DNA of 53,689 bases, the filler included, from Dirinaria sp. TL-2023a (taxonomy: Eukaryota): NCBI GenBank assembly GCA_051941275.1. It is 2 parts of 2 records of this genome, joined end to end, with 100 filler letters (N's around TTAATTAATTAA, not from the genome) between each part and the next. Parts side by side here need not be neighbours in the genome. Positions count along the whole stretch, not along the records: positions 1 to 26,795 come from JAVEBF010000155.1; 1 more part is not named here. The stretch is one strand, 5' to 3'. Both the position numbers and the translations under genes were made by a program. A model generated the notes under the pieces. The model did no database searches, was not told where the DNA came from, and saw only the letters and a list, made by a program, of their open reading frames with translations. Of the stretch, positions 10,775 to 20,693 are shown piece by piece (within the stretch, counting starts at the first letter, position 1; each line of letters starts with the position of its first letter).

Positions 10775-13700
10775 TTAGATACGGCCCCCCTCCACGACCT
10801 CCCGGCCCAAAACCTCCACGACGCCACCTTGGCCGATTTTCCGCTTCTCCAATACCCATCGATCTCCCTCCTCATCGCGCTCGTGCACGTAGCTGACGCT
10901 TTCCCCGTCCTTGCTGGCGTTCCGACTGTGCTGTCCTCCTCCGCCGCCCTTGCTGGCGATCGCTTTCCCCTTGCCGTTGCTGAACAGTGAGCTCCGGGGT
11001 CGGATCTGGGTGGGACTGCCCTCGCTGCCGCTTCTGCTGTGGGACGGTGGAGGCAAGTAAGGAGCGTTCATGGCCGGGTTGCTGGGTGGTAATGAAACAG
11101 TCGTCGGCAGCGTGATCGTGTGGCTGGTGTCTGAAGCAGGGGAGTCTTCCGTTGTGCTCGAGTTGAGGCTGTAAGTGCTTGCGCCTATGTTGGTGTTGAG
11201 CATTGGATATGCTTGGCCTTGTTGCTGCTGCGGCTGGATTTGCGCGCCTGTGGCGCTGTTTGCCGGCATACCAGGGAGGGTATATGTCAATGGCGATCCG
11301 CTGCTATTGCCTGAGCTGCTGTGTAAGCTCGTGGTGCTACTGCTGCCCCAGGCTCCGCGGCGCAGTTTCATCAGCGCGGAGAGCGACATGTCGTTTTCGT
11401 TCGACTCTTCAAGGGTCATCATGTCCGCGAGCTGGGCTAGCCCGGGGCTGGGTTGCGAGAGTGCAGAAGTAGGATAGCCGTGCATGGCAAGGGAGATGGC
11501 GGAATTGCGATTCGACCACTCACTGCGTTCAGTAATGGGCGTGAGAGCAGGTTCAACGTTCCGTCCACTATGAGTGCGATTGACGCCAGGACCGAAGTAG
11601 CCACCGTTGGTATATTCGTCAGAACCGCCAGTCTTCCGAGCATAGAAACCGAACTCTTGGCCATAGAAGTCTTCATCATCGTTTTCGAGTGCTTCCGCGT
11701 TTGCAGCGGCAATGATAGCATCGTCTGACGCAGCGTCATCGAAGTCGTATTCGTCTGAGCCAGAGACGTTGGGGAGAGGGTAGCCATTGATTTCAAGGCT
11801 CGGACTCTCGCCAACGGGTGGGAAAGGGTCCAGATGCTTGCTTTCGGGGCTAAGCGGGTCGTTGGATTGATCGGATTGCAGGCTTGCTCGACGCATGAAT
11901 TTACCGTTCATTGCTGCCTGGTTGGCTGCTATTGCTAATGCGTCGTGATAAGCTGCGAGGTTGTCCTGGGTCAGGCCTGCTGTGTGGCTGAATACTGGAC
12001 GAGATGCTTGGGTGAGATCAGGTAATGAGTCTCGCAGCTCAGCTGCAATATTCTCGTCGCCCACTCCATCGCTATCTTCGGTCAAAGCGACTTCTGGATA
12101 TAGTCCCCGCTGCCCTTCAGGATTTAGTGCTGAGGTTTCCCCATTCATATCTGAAAGCTGAGATTTTGGTTGGTCTCTGATTGGTAGCCCATATACTCTG
12201 CTTGTTTCATCATCGAATACCGACTCATCAAAAATCTGCTCATTGGTACCATCAAGATCCTCAATCATTCCATCATCAAAATACATGTCATCCTCGGGAT
12301 ACTCGTCGCTTCGAAGATGAGCAGTTAGGGCCCCCTCAAGAGGTTTAGCAGGCAGCTGGTCGTTAGATGGTATCTCAAAATCATTGTCGATCGTAGTTCC
12401 TGACTCTCGTTGTGACCGATGATCTTCGTCCGAGTATTCATGCGACACTGGGGAGTCTTCATCCTTTGCAGTGTTTGGAGACGACTCGGGTACTGCAAGT
12501 TTTGCAGGCTGATTGTGGACGTCCTGCGGTGAAATAGGCGAAAAGCCCTCACTGACCGGGCTCATTTGACTGGCGAAAATGGGCTTCGAGGCTGGCTCAA
12601 ATCGAGGAGGTTCCATGGCAGGCATACCCGGACCCGAGAGTGGTATGTCCTCTACCTCATCGGCATTGACGCCTGGTATCCTTTCTTCAAGCCCATCGTC
12701 GTCAAAATCCTCAAGATCAGGATCTTGCTCATCATCTGACTCGTACCTATGGAAGGACTTGCGAGATCCCGTACTTGTTCGCGCCTTTTCTTTCGCCTTC
12801 TGCCTATGTTTCTCTTCCAAGAGCTTCTCCTGAGCAGCGGACCCTACGCCAGCAAGATCGAAGCTAAACCGTGAGGCACGCGAAGCATTGCTCTTGAAGT
12901 GAGTAGGTAGACCTGCTGGAGTGAATGAGGCATCCGTATCAGATGACGCCCTTGAGCGTGCTTTTGATGGCGGCGAAGTCGGTGGAGAAGGAACGGGAGA
13001 TAAATCTTTTGGTAGAATGCCTGACGTTGCGGTCTCTGCCACGACTTCCAAAGGAGCTCGCGGTGGTGACGCTATCCGCTGGATGGGCTCTGGATCCCCT
13101 GGAAAATCCGCAGGGAGGTTTCTAGCAAATGCGGGCAAAGAAGAACGATCCGGTTCAGTATAGGGTTCTTGAACAGCAACTTTGTACATGAATGCAGACT
13201 TTTGTCTTTTGCTTGATCCTTCTCTACCATCCTGCCAAGGTTCAGCATCGTCATCAAAATTCTCTTTGAATACCGGAGTATGCTCCTTCTCAGTACTACT
13301 AGGAGACCGTTCATAAGGTACTGGAGCGGAATCGGAACCCTGCCGTGAGCCATGGCTTGATTTTGGCGGGCTTTGATTGCTCTGTGCCGATCGAGGAACA
13401 CTGAAGTCATGAACGCCCTTGCCACGTATTCTGGGATCGTAGTCGTCGGGAAGCCGCAGGGCTGGAATAGCGGCATCGTTCAACTTGGAGTATTTCTCTG
13501 ATGCTTCCACTACCCTCTGAGATGAACGCCTTCTGGCGAGCAAAGACATGGGGTTCAGAAGGTTAAGCTTATTCTTGCCTGAACGTGAGGTATTTGCATA
13601 CGGTCTCCGATGAGGTGGAGATTTGGGAGGTGGAGGTGGCACTGCTAGCTGCTGGAAATGCGGAGGCATAAGAGGGCCGTGCATAGGTCCTGGAACGTCC

Positions 13701-14233
13701 TGTGGATGGGACGCAGGCGAAGGTCGTGTAGGATCGTAGAGCTCGCCAGCGAGCCTGACCGGATTACTCTGAGGAGGTCGAGGTTTCCATTCAGGAGCCT
13801 CCGGGGGAGAATCTGCTACTCGATCTTTCGAGATTCTACGTCGATGGTCCTTGAGACCGAGTCCTGGTGGCCGTATGCCTCTCAATTCTGAGGTTTGGGA
13901 TGCCGATCTCGGCCTTTGCATGCTATTTTCCGTGGATTTTCCTGGCTGAAACGAGTCGGCCTCTTCCATCTGTAGCTTCGGCTCTTCCTCTTTTTCATGC
14001 TCAGAACGGGAGGCAACGCGAGGTATCGGCGGTAGTATTGGAGGGACGGGGGACACAGGCGAGGGACTGTTGGCGTCAAGTATCGCTTGTGGAGCGGGAA
14101 GGTGAGAGGATTGCAATTGAGGTAGAGGAGCATCGTGGTAGGATCTTGCCGATGTGGCATCGTGTGGAGTAGTCACTGGAGGAATGGCCGATCTTCGGCT
14201 GTTGGGACGAATGCCATGAAGGTAGGAGAACAT
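10775..14233 (-). CDS. Large Ser/Pro/acidic disordered hypothetical protein (1152 aa)
   Basis: Intact 1152-codon ORF with protein-like islands (LNPMSLLARRRSSQ, LPDDYDPRIRGKGVHDFS, EPALTPITERSEWSNRNS, SLSALMKLRRGAWG, EVVEGGRI). No catalytic domain recognised. Confidence 0.85.
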   Translation of the reverse strand: MFSYLHGIRPNSRRSAIPPVTTPHDATSARSYHDAPLPQLQSSHLPAPQAILDANSPSPVSPVPPILPPIPRVASRSEHEKEEEPKLQMEEADSFQPGKSTENSMQRPRSASQTSELRGIRPPGLGLKDHRRRISKDRVADSPPEAPEWKPRPPQSNPVRLAGELYDPTRPSPASHPQDVPGPMHGPLMPPHFQQLAVPPPPPKSPPHRRPYANTSRSGKNKLNLLNPMSLLARRRSSQRVVEASEKYSKLNDAAIPALRLPDDYDPRIRGKGVHDFSVPRSAQSNQSPPKSSHGSRQGSDSAPVPYERSPSSTEKEHTPVFKENFDDDAEPWQDGREGSSKRQKSAFMYKVAVQEPYTEPDRSSLPAFARNLPADFPGDPEPIQRIASPPRAPLEVVAETATSGILPKDLSPVPSPPTSPPSKARSRASSDTDASFTPAGLPTHFKSNASRASRFSFDLAGVGSAAQEKLLEEKHRQKAKEKARTSTGSRKSFHRYESDDEQDPDLEDFDDDGLEERIPGVNADEVEDIPLSGPGMPAMEPPRFEPASKPIFASQMSPVSEGFSPISPQDVHNQPAKLAVPESSPNTAKDEDSPVSHEYSDEDHRSQRESGTTIDNDFEIPSNDQLPAKPLEGALTAHLRSDEYPEDDMYFDDGMIEDLDGTNEQIFDESVFDDETSRVYGLPIRDQPKSQLSDMNGETSALNPEGQRGLYPEVALTEDSDGVGDENIAAELRDSLPDLTQASRPVFSHTAGLTQDNLAAYHDALAIAANQAAMNGKFMRRASLQSDQSNDPLSPESKHLDPFPPVGESPSLEINGYPLPNVSGSDEYDFDDAASDDAIIAAANAEALENDDEDFYGQEFGFYARKTGGSDEYTNGGYFGPGVNRTHSGRNVEPALTPITERSEWSNRNSAISLAMHGYPTSALSQPSPGLAQLADMMTLEESNENDMSLSALMKLRRGAWGSSSTTSLHSSSGNSSGSPLTYTLPGMPANSATGAQIQPQQQQGQAYPMLNTNIGASTYSLNSSTTEDSPASDTSHTITLPTTVSLPPSNPAMNAPYLPPPSHSRSGSEGSPTQIRPRSSLFSNGKGKAIASKGGGGGQHSRNASKDGESVSYVHERDEEGDRWVLEKRKIGQGGVVEVLGREVVEGGRI

Positions 14234-14423
14234 GGTGAATGTTGGTAGCGAAGGACAAGAGGAGAGCAGTAGAAGGAGGAGGATGACGAGAGAACAAGGA
14301 TGATCTTAGGGATTGGCCATGACGGAGGAGCCAGCAATTGTCAGTCAAGGTGCCAATACCTTGATGAACGTGGCTGATGGGACGTTTGCACAGATAGAAG
14401 ATACGAAGCAAGGTGAGGTCGAC

Positions 14424-14495
14424 TAAGGTAAGGTAGGTAGGGAAGGTATCTAAGGTAAGGCAAGGTAAGGTAAGGTATCGAGTGTAAGGTAAAGG
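14424..14495. repeat. Degenerate (TAAGG/TAGG)n tandem repeat
   Basis: taaggtaaggtaggtagggaaggtatctaaggtaaggcaaggtaaggtaaggt read directly from the sequence. Confidence 0.8.
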
Positions 14496-15547
14496 CAGTA
14501 TCAGAGTATCTGATTATGCAGGCTCAGGTTGCTGATTGGATGCGGGCAAGAGCTAAGAAATTACTCAAATTGCAGTTTCGCATGTGAAGTCATCACCAAA
14601 AAAAAGTCCAGGGTCGTCATCAATGCAAATCTCGTCATCTTGACCATAAGGTAGCTAAGACCCTTAATCTCCGACCGAGGGACCTTATCATCATCTATCA
14701 AAATCTACTCGGTTTTACAGTATCATACATTAATCTAAATTAACATCTAGAGAGACTCGTACCAGGTTCAAAGTATCTTACATGCAGAATTCCACTTTAC
14801 TCCCCCAGGTGATACTATTTATTTTCCCTCGATAATGATTATTGTCTAGCTTCTACCGAGCGCGACACAGAAGTCTGAAAGCATCATGCGTGTTTATGGA
14901 AAGGGTATTGCGAAGCGACGCGGAGGCTCTGGACCCATGGACCACGGCCCACATACATCAGCCCATCGCTAAACCGTCCACAAAGCGAACCATGGAAAGA
15001 ATAATTTGTCCCGGAAAGCATGGACTGCCGTGGAGCAAGTCCTGGCTGTATTTGCCTTTTTTTTTCTATCCTACCTGTTGAGGCTAATCCGAACGCTATC
15101 TAATTCGGGCTTCCCCCGCATCCCCGAAAACGTTGCAGTGGAAAAAAAAAAAGAAGAAAAAAGTAAAGGATGGAAAACGGCATTGGTGGAAATTCTGCAG
15201 AGAGTGGCTGCGCAGAGTACAGGTAAGGTAAGGTAGGACGAGGCTGAGCGCCCATGCATGTCCCGACTGGCGCTTCCTACCTTGCCTTACCGTACCTGAC
15301 CCAAGAGTTACGTTTGCGCGTGACATCGCATTGGATCAAGGTTCATGGTGGCTAACACGCTGCAATACGAGTCCAGCTGAGTAGACTTCGGCACCCCGGC
15401 CAAGGATCCTGATCTTGGACGACCGTGTTGGAATGTAGAGCTTGTTATAAGAGTACGGTAGGTCCTCCTTCTTCCTAAGATTCAATTGCGCTCGCCATCT
15501 CTCTCAATCCCTACTTCTTTGCCGTGTTGAGTGTAATCATAATCATA

Positions 15548-17212
15548 ATGGCCTTAATTCTGTCAATTTTGCTTGCCTTTCAAGCCGTCTCCTTCATTTC
15601 AGCCTCTCCTACATCATCACCTAAAAGAGCAACAACTCTTTATGATTACATCGTGGTCGGCTCCGGTCCAGCAGGCATCATCACAGCAGTCCGACTCAGC
15701 GAGAATAGTGCAAAGAATGTACTTCTGCTCGAAGGCGGTGGGCCATCCTACGGGGTCACCGGCGGCACCGAGAGACCGGCATGGCTATCGGGCACCAACC
15801 TTAGCCGAGTTGATGTCCCTGGACTCTATCTGTCTATTTTCTCTACCCCTAGCAAAATGACTTGCGGCAGTCAGGTCAACGCATTCGGTGGATGCACCAT
15901 CGGCGGTAACAGTGCGATCAATGCCGGCCTTTTCTTCGAACCACCAGCTTCAGATTTCGATAATTACATGCCTACTGGATGGAAGCACGCAGACCTCGTC
16001 CCCTCGATTAACCGGCTATATGCGACGCAGCCATCGAGCAACACTCCTTCCGTGGACAAGATGGAATACCTACAATCCGGCTACATCGCGGCGAAGAAGT
16101 GGCTTGTTACCAATGCCGGCTATACAGAAACGGACATCAACGCCAATGCCGCCAAAAAGACAAAGGTGTTCGGTCACCCGGTCTATGACTACAACAACGG
16201 CCAGCGTGGTGGGCCTACGATCAGCTACATGCAGACCGCGCTCACGCGCAGCAACTTCCATCTCCAAAGTGGTGCCTGGGTGCAGCGCGTTGTCCGTAAT
16301 GGCAACACCGCTACAGGGGTTGTAGCAACCGTAAACGGCGCCTCCACCACCTTCTCCCTCAAACCCACAGGCCGAGTCATCGTCAGCGGCGGGGCTTTGA
16401 AATCTCCGGAACTGCTCATGAAATCCGGCATCGGCGATCCCGCCGTCCTCACGCGTCTCTCCCAAGCCAACAAACTCGGCGGCCTGCCTTCAACGCAATG
16501 GATCAACAACACCGCCGTGGGCGCGGGCCTGTTCGACAACCCAAATACATTCATCGAGCTCTCCGGCGCATCGGTCCAGTCCTACACCTACGTCTACGAC
16601 AATCCGCCCGCGGCCGACGAAGCTGCCTACCTGCAGCACCGCTCCGGACCATACAGCTTCGCAAGCGAGATCAGTGTTTTCTGGGACACGGTTACCCGCA
16701 GTGACGGCAGCGTTGCAGGCATGCAGGGCACCATCGGCTCCGCGGGCTACAGCGGATACACCTCGAACACCACCGTCACACTCAACATCTACGGCACCAG
16801 CGGGCTCAAATCAGTCGGCAAAGTCGTTCTCGACGGTAATTTCGTCCCGGGCCCCCAGGGTGTCTACTACTCCAACCCCCAAGATGCGCAGGACATTGCT
16901 ACTTTCATCCACCGCATCTTCGCCGCCCTGCCCGGCACAGGTCTCACGCCGCTTAACCTGGCCCAGTCATCCTCCCAAGCAGACATCGTGAAATACATTA
17001 CCACGTCGAGCCCTTATGCCGAGGGCGAGGTGAATCACTGGAGTTCCTCGTGCAGGATCGGGTCATGTGTTGATGTCAATACGACGGTTATCGGCATGAA
17101 GAATCTCCATGTGGTGGATGCTAGTATTGTAGCACCGTTAACGGTGAACCCACAATTTGGAGTCATGGTTGCAGCGGAGAGGGCGAGCGAATTGATTAAG
17201 AAACTGGGTTAG
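15548..17212 (+). CDS. Secreted GMC oxidoreductase, cellobiose dehydrogenase-type flavodomain (AA3_1) without cytochrome domain
   Basis: Signal peptide MALILSILLAFQAVSFISA and propeptide ending KR. FAD motif YDYIVVGSGPAG, CDH-like LSRVDVPGL and GCTIGGNSAINAGLFF, catalytic His/Asn pair VNHWSSSC ... TVNPQ. Intronless. Confidence 0.85.
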   Translation: MALILSILLAFQAVSFISASPTSSPKRATTLYDYIVVGSGPAGIITAVRLSENSAKNVLLLEGGGPSYGVTGGTERPAWLSGTNLSRVDVPGLYLSIFSTPSKMTCGSQVNAFGGCTIGGNSAINAGLFFEPPASDFDNYMPTGWKHADLVPSINRLYATQPSSNTPSVDKMEYLQSGYIAAKKWLVTNAGYTETDINANAAKKTKVFGHPVYDYNNGQRGGPTISYMQTALTRSNFHLQSGAWVQRVVRNGNTATGVVATVNGASTTFSLKPTGRVIVSGGALKSPELLMKSGIGDPAVLTRLSQANKLGGLPSTQWINNTAVGAGLFDNPNTFIELSGASVQSYTYVYDNPPAADEAAYLQHRSGPYSFASEISVFWDTVTRSDGSVAGMQGTIGSAGYSGYTSNTTVTLNIYGTSGLKSVGKVVLDGNFVPGPQGVYYSNPQDAQDIATFIHRIFAALPGTGLTPLNLAQSSSQADIVKYITTSSPYAEGEVNHWSSSCRIGSCVDVNTTVIGMKNLHVVDASIVAPLTVNPQFGVMVAAERASELIKKLG

Positions 17213-18435
17213 AAAAGTACACTGTACTTTACCTTGACTTTTTTCTCCTTCTCCCCGCTTTCGTTCTACCGGTTTTGCTGGTTTACCTAAGGTACTTAAG
17301 GTACCTCAGGAATACCTTAATAGAGGAAGGACGAAAAGAGGGCTGAAGTCTTGGCTACTTGGCACCATCTGGACTGCACATTCTGGCTCCATCAAGAATT
17401 TCTTCAAATCTTGCACCTGAGGTACAAACCACAACATGCCATCTATATAAATTCATGCACAAATTCTCGACACATGTGATATGATCTTTACAATCCTCAA
17501 GAGTTACCTCAGTTCATCAAGACCCATTGTCCAGCAAGGCAAACGGATGGTCTGGCAATGTTGACTGATAAGCCTGAGGGCCGGGGAAATCCGGAGAGGG
17601 AAGAGTGCGTAGCAAGAACGCTGTACGTTGTAGATGCCAATACGCCGGAGAAGGCGATGAAAGAGAGAACAAGGATAAAGTAGTCATGAATAGATTTGAA
17701 GGTGCCTCGGGTGCGCCTTCCGTTCGGAAACAGCCGTCCGTGAAGATGATCCGCCTTGGTGAGCCTTCCGAGCGCGCCGAAGGAGATTTATGGAAAGCTA
17801 CCTTATCATACGAGAAATGATGCTAAGAATTCGGGTGTTGCAGAACCATAATATCTTAGCCTCTTCAAGGTTTCTACTGGTCCTGGTGCCTGGCTCTGTA
17901 GCCAAGCGATGATCATTGTACTGTAGGCTGCGAAGTCGAGGGTAGAGGACTGGATGGTGCTTTCGGGTTTGTAGGAGAGCTTCTCATTAAATCATGGAGT
18001 AGCAAGCTAAGTACTATCTTTACAGCAATTGTCTATCATACCTAGATTGAATCCGCAGTCTAGGCATACAGTAGTTTTAGTAAAAAACGACTACCTAGAG
18101 CATTGGCAGTCCTTCTGTACTCTCTTTGATTTATTAATACCAAGTCTATAACCTGGGTCATCACAGATTGATGAAGGGATACGCAGTTCTTGATGAGAGT
18201 TGTCTCTACGAACATACCTGCCAGAGATGGGGAAGCTGCCTCCTACCGTTGGCAGTATATTCGTGACTGTTCTGAAGGTATATTGAACCTGTAATCTCGA
18301 TCTCGGAGGCCTTTCTTTGATGCCTGCTGTATCTTGACACATGCATCTGAGTAATGTCCCCACTCCAGCATCCGAAGCCGGCCTCGCCGTACCCGGGCGT
18401 AGTGTGAATCTGGAGGAAAAATGACTCCCACTGGA

Positions 18436-18443
18436 TATAAAAA
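18436..18443 (+). promoter_or_regulatory. TATA box of the small secreted protein gene
   Basis: TATAAAAA ~115 nt upstream of ATG 18552. Confidence 0.55.
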
Positions 18444-18551
18444 AGGGTCGACATTCCCTCCACCTCACTTCCTCACTCAGAGACCGATTATCGCCCAGTC
18501 CCTACGCAACAGCAACCGTCTTCCTAATCTAAAGGTAACCATCTCGAAAAA

Positions 18552-19067
18552 ATGAAGTCTACTGTCTTAGCACTTGTTGTCCCTCTCCTTGCAAATATCG
18601 TACCTGCTACCATCGCCGCGTGCCAAGGCGATGCCTCCATCGTCCTTGGGAAGTTCTTTCTCGGTCAAAAAGTCACCAGAGCTTACTACGCCGCTTGGCC
18701 ATCCCAAGAGGATCCATGCACCTCCCAACACATAGAAACGATCCAAAACCTCGTAGTACCGAACGAATGGAACCCGTGCGGAGTCTCCTTCACCGTACCA
18801 GGCACCAGCCCCAACTTCACCAATGTTGAGGCCGAAAATTGTCAAAACGGACCTGGGAACACAATAATCGTGCCAGTCGAGAATGGAGCAAGCCCAACCC
18901 AGCGATGTATCTCCCTAGGACCGAGGAACAAAACATGCTCCCTGGGGTACATCTACGAGGCTGATGCGCTCTGTGGAGGGCCGTTGAATGAGGGGAGTAT
19001 TTCTAAGCAGAGACGGAGTTTGGCTGATTGCGGTGGTCTGTCTTGCGCTGAAGCGCCGGCGCCATAA
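18552..19067 (+). CDS. Small secreted cysteine-rich protein (171 aa, 9 Cys)
   Basis: AAAAATG start context, hydrophobic signal peptide MKSTVLALVVPLLANIVPATIAA, nine Cys and an upstream TATA box. Confidence 0.75.
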   Translation: MKSTVLALVVPLLANIVPATIAACQGDASIVLGKFFLGQKVTRAYYAAWPSQEDPCTSQHIETIQNLVVPNEWNPCGVSFTVPGTSPNFTNVEAENCQNGPGNTIIVPVENGASPTQRCISLGPRNKTCSLGYIYEADALCGGPLNEGSISKQRRSLADCGGLSCAEAPAP

Positions 19068-20016
19068 CTCGTGAGTCTCAATTTCCCAACTTCGAAAAGA
19101 AGAAAGCTCTCCCAGCACACACACTCTCGTTATCATATTGTCAAAATCTCGAGCCAGAACCATCAATCGTGTCTGGTGAGCTTACGTTGCTGACGATGCG
19201 AATGTCCGGTATGACTACGAGCGGAAACCCTCGTCATAGATGCTGATAGTTACTACGACTCCATCGGTGGAGATGGAGGTTATCAAGACAACTCAACTTC
19301 GACGGCTCCATTTGTGACGATTCCTCCGACGAATTGCCGTTCTCGAGACGTTGAAAAGATGGATGACTCCTACAGTCCATTGCCTTAAACATAGGAGAGA
19401 ATTTGCAATTTGATAGGCGCTTGGAGCATAGATGTATCAATTTGCACTCATTGCAACCACTCAACAGTAATACCCACCTTTCCCCGCCTAGTTTTCGAAG
19501 CAATCAATCGTTTCACGTGATAATAGATGTTTCTGCCCTCTTCGCTAACCTCTCAAATATTGATTCGATTTGCCCACGACACTCCGTTGCTGTTTCATAC
19601 TTCCCGGTGCGTTACATTATCTGCATCTACGCTAGGCACTGGCAAACACTAGGCACCTTTCGCCACCGACAATTCCGCCGTCGAATCGCTCTTCTTGAAA
19701 TACATTAACGAGACTATTGCTGCTCCCTATCTGATTTAAACATCTCTATCCGCCCCTCGGAACAATCATGCCCTGCAACCTATGGTCTACCTTTAAGAAG
19801 ACACAGCTGCCTACATACTCCCATCTCTAAGCATAGAAGCGCAATCACCTGTTCTCGCCTGCCATACTGTGCAAATGCTTTTCAAAGGACAATTCTGTCA
19901 GCTCTCTTCCTTTTGAGCTCGGCTCTGCCTATATACTCCGACACCATTGCAAGGAATCCTCCTTGATGTTAAATGAACCACCTCCAATCCCCATCACCTC
20001 CTATGCAAAAGATGAT

Positions 20017-20389
20017 TCATTTTTTCCCCTTTGTCGGCCCCTTAATCTTCGGATACAGCCTCGCCAGATGTTCATTGATATCGTTCTTCTTCTGGGTCTT
20101 TTTTTTCGGCTGGTCCATGCAAGTCTTGAGTGCTAGTTCAAGCTTCAGGCAGCCTTCGGCGCTGATACCGGCAGAGGCCCAGCAATCTATATCGCACATC
20201 AATCAGCGTCCGTTCCCGAAATTGATATTCTCACTCCCTCATGAAACATGGATTGTTCATACTGAGGACTGAAGACATGATGTCCACGCAGGGTCTTGGC
20301 TCGGGTTTGGTGGGATGGCGCACACGGAGTCGAGGAAGAGGTGGGAGGCGAGGCGGCGCGAGGGTTTTCGCGGTGGATTTTGGAGGCAT
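20017..20389 (-). CDS. MRP10: Mitochondrial small-subunit ribosomal protein mS37 (Mrp10, twin CX9C)
   Basis: Exons 20389-20263 and 20186-20017 (76-nt GT-AG intron) give MPPKSTAKTLAPPRLPPLPRLRVRHP...PCVDIMSSVLNCWASAG...CLKLELALKTCMD...INEHLARLYP. Confidence 0.88.
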
Positions 20390-20693
20390 GGTTTGTATGC
20401 AAGCTATGGCGGGTTATCGATGGGGTATAGCTGGTCTAGACATGCCTGGTCTTTGGAGCAAACTTCAATATAACGGCTGGGCTTGATTGAGGAAGTCGTT
20501 CTTGCGATGGGATCGACCGAATCGGGATTGGTGGATGAATGCCAAGACTATCGAACGCCAAGCCAACCGCTGCAGGGTCCAACTTCTGTTTACACTTTCA
20601 TCTTCTTGCGCTCCTCCGCCAAACGCTCCTTCTCGCTCATTACTATTGCTCGACGGCGAAGGCCAGCAACACGTCCCGTAGCTCAGAGCAAGG

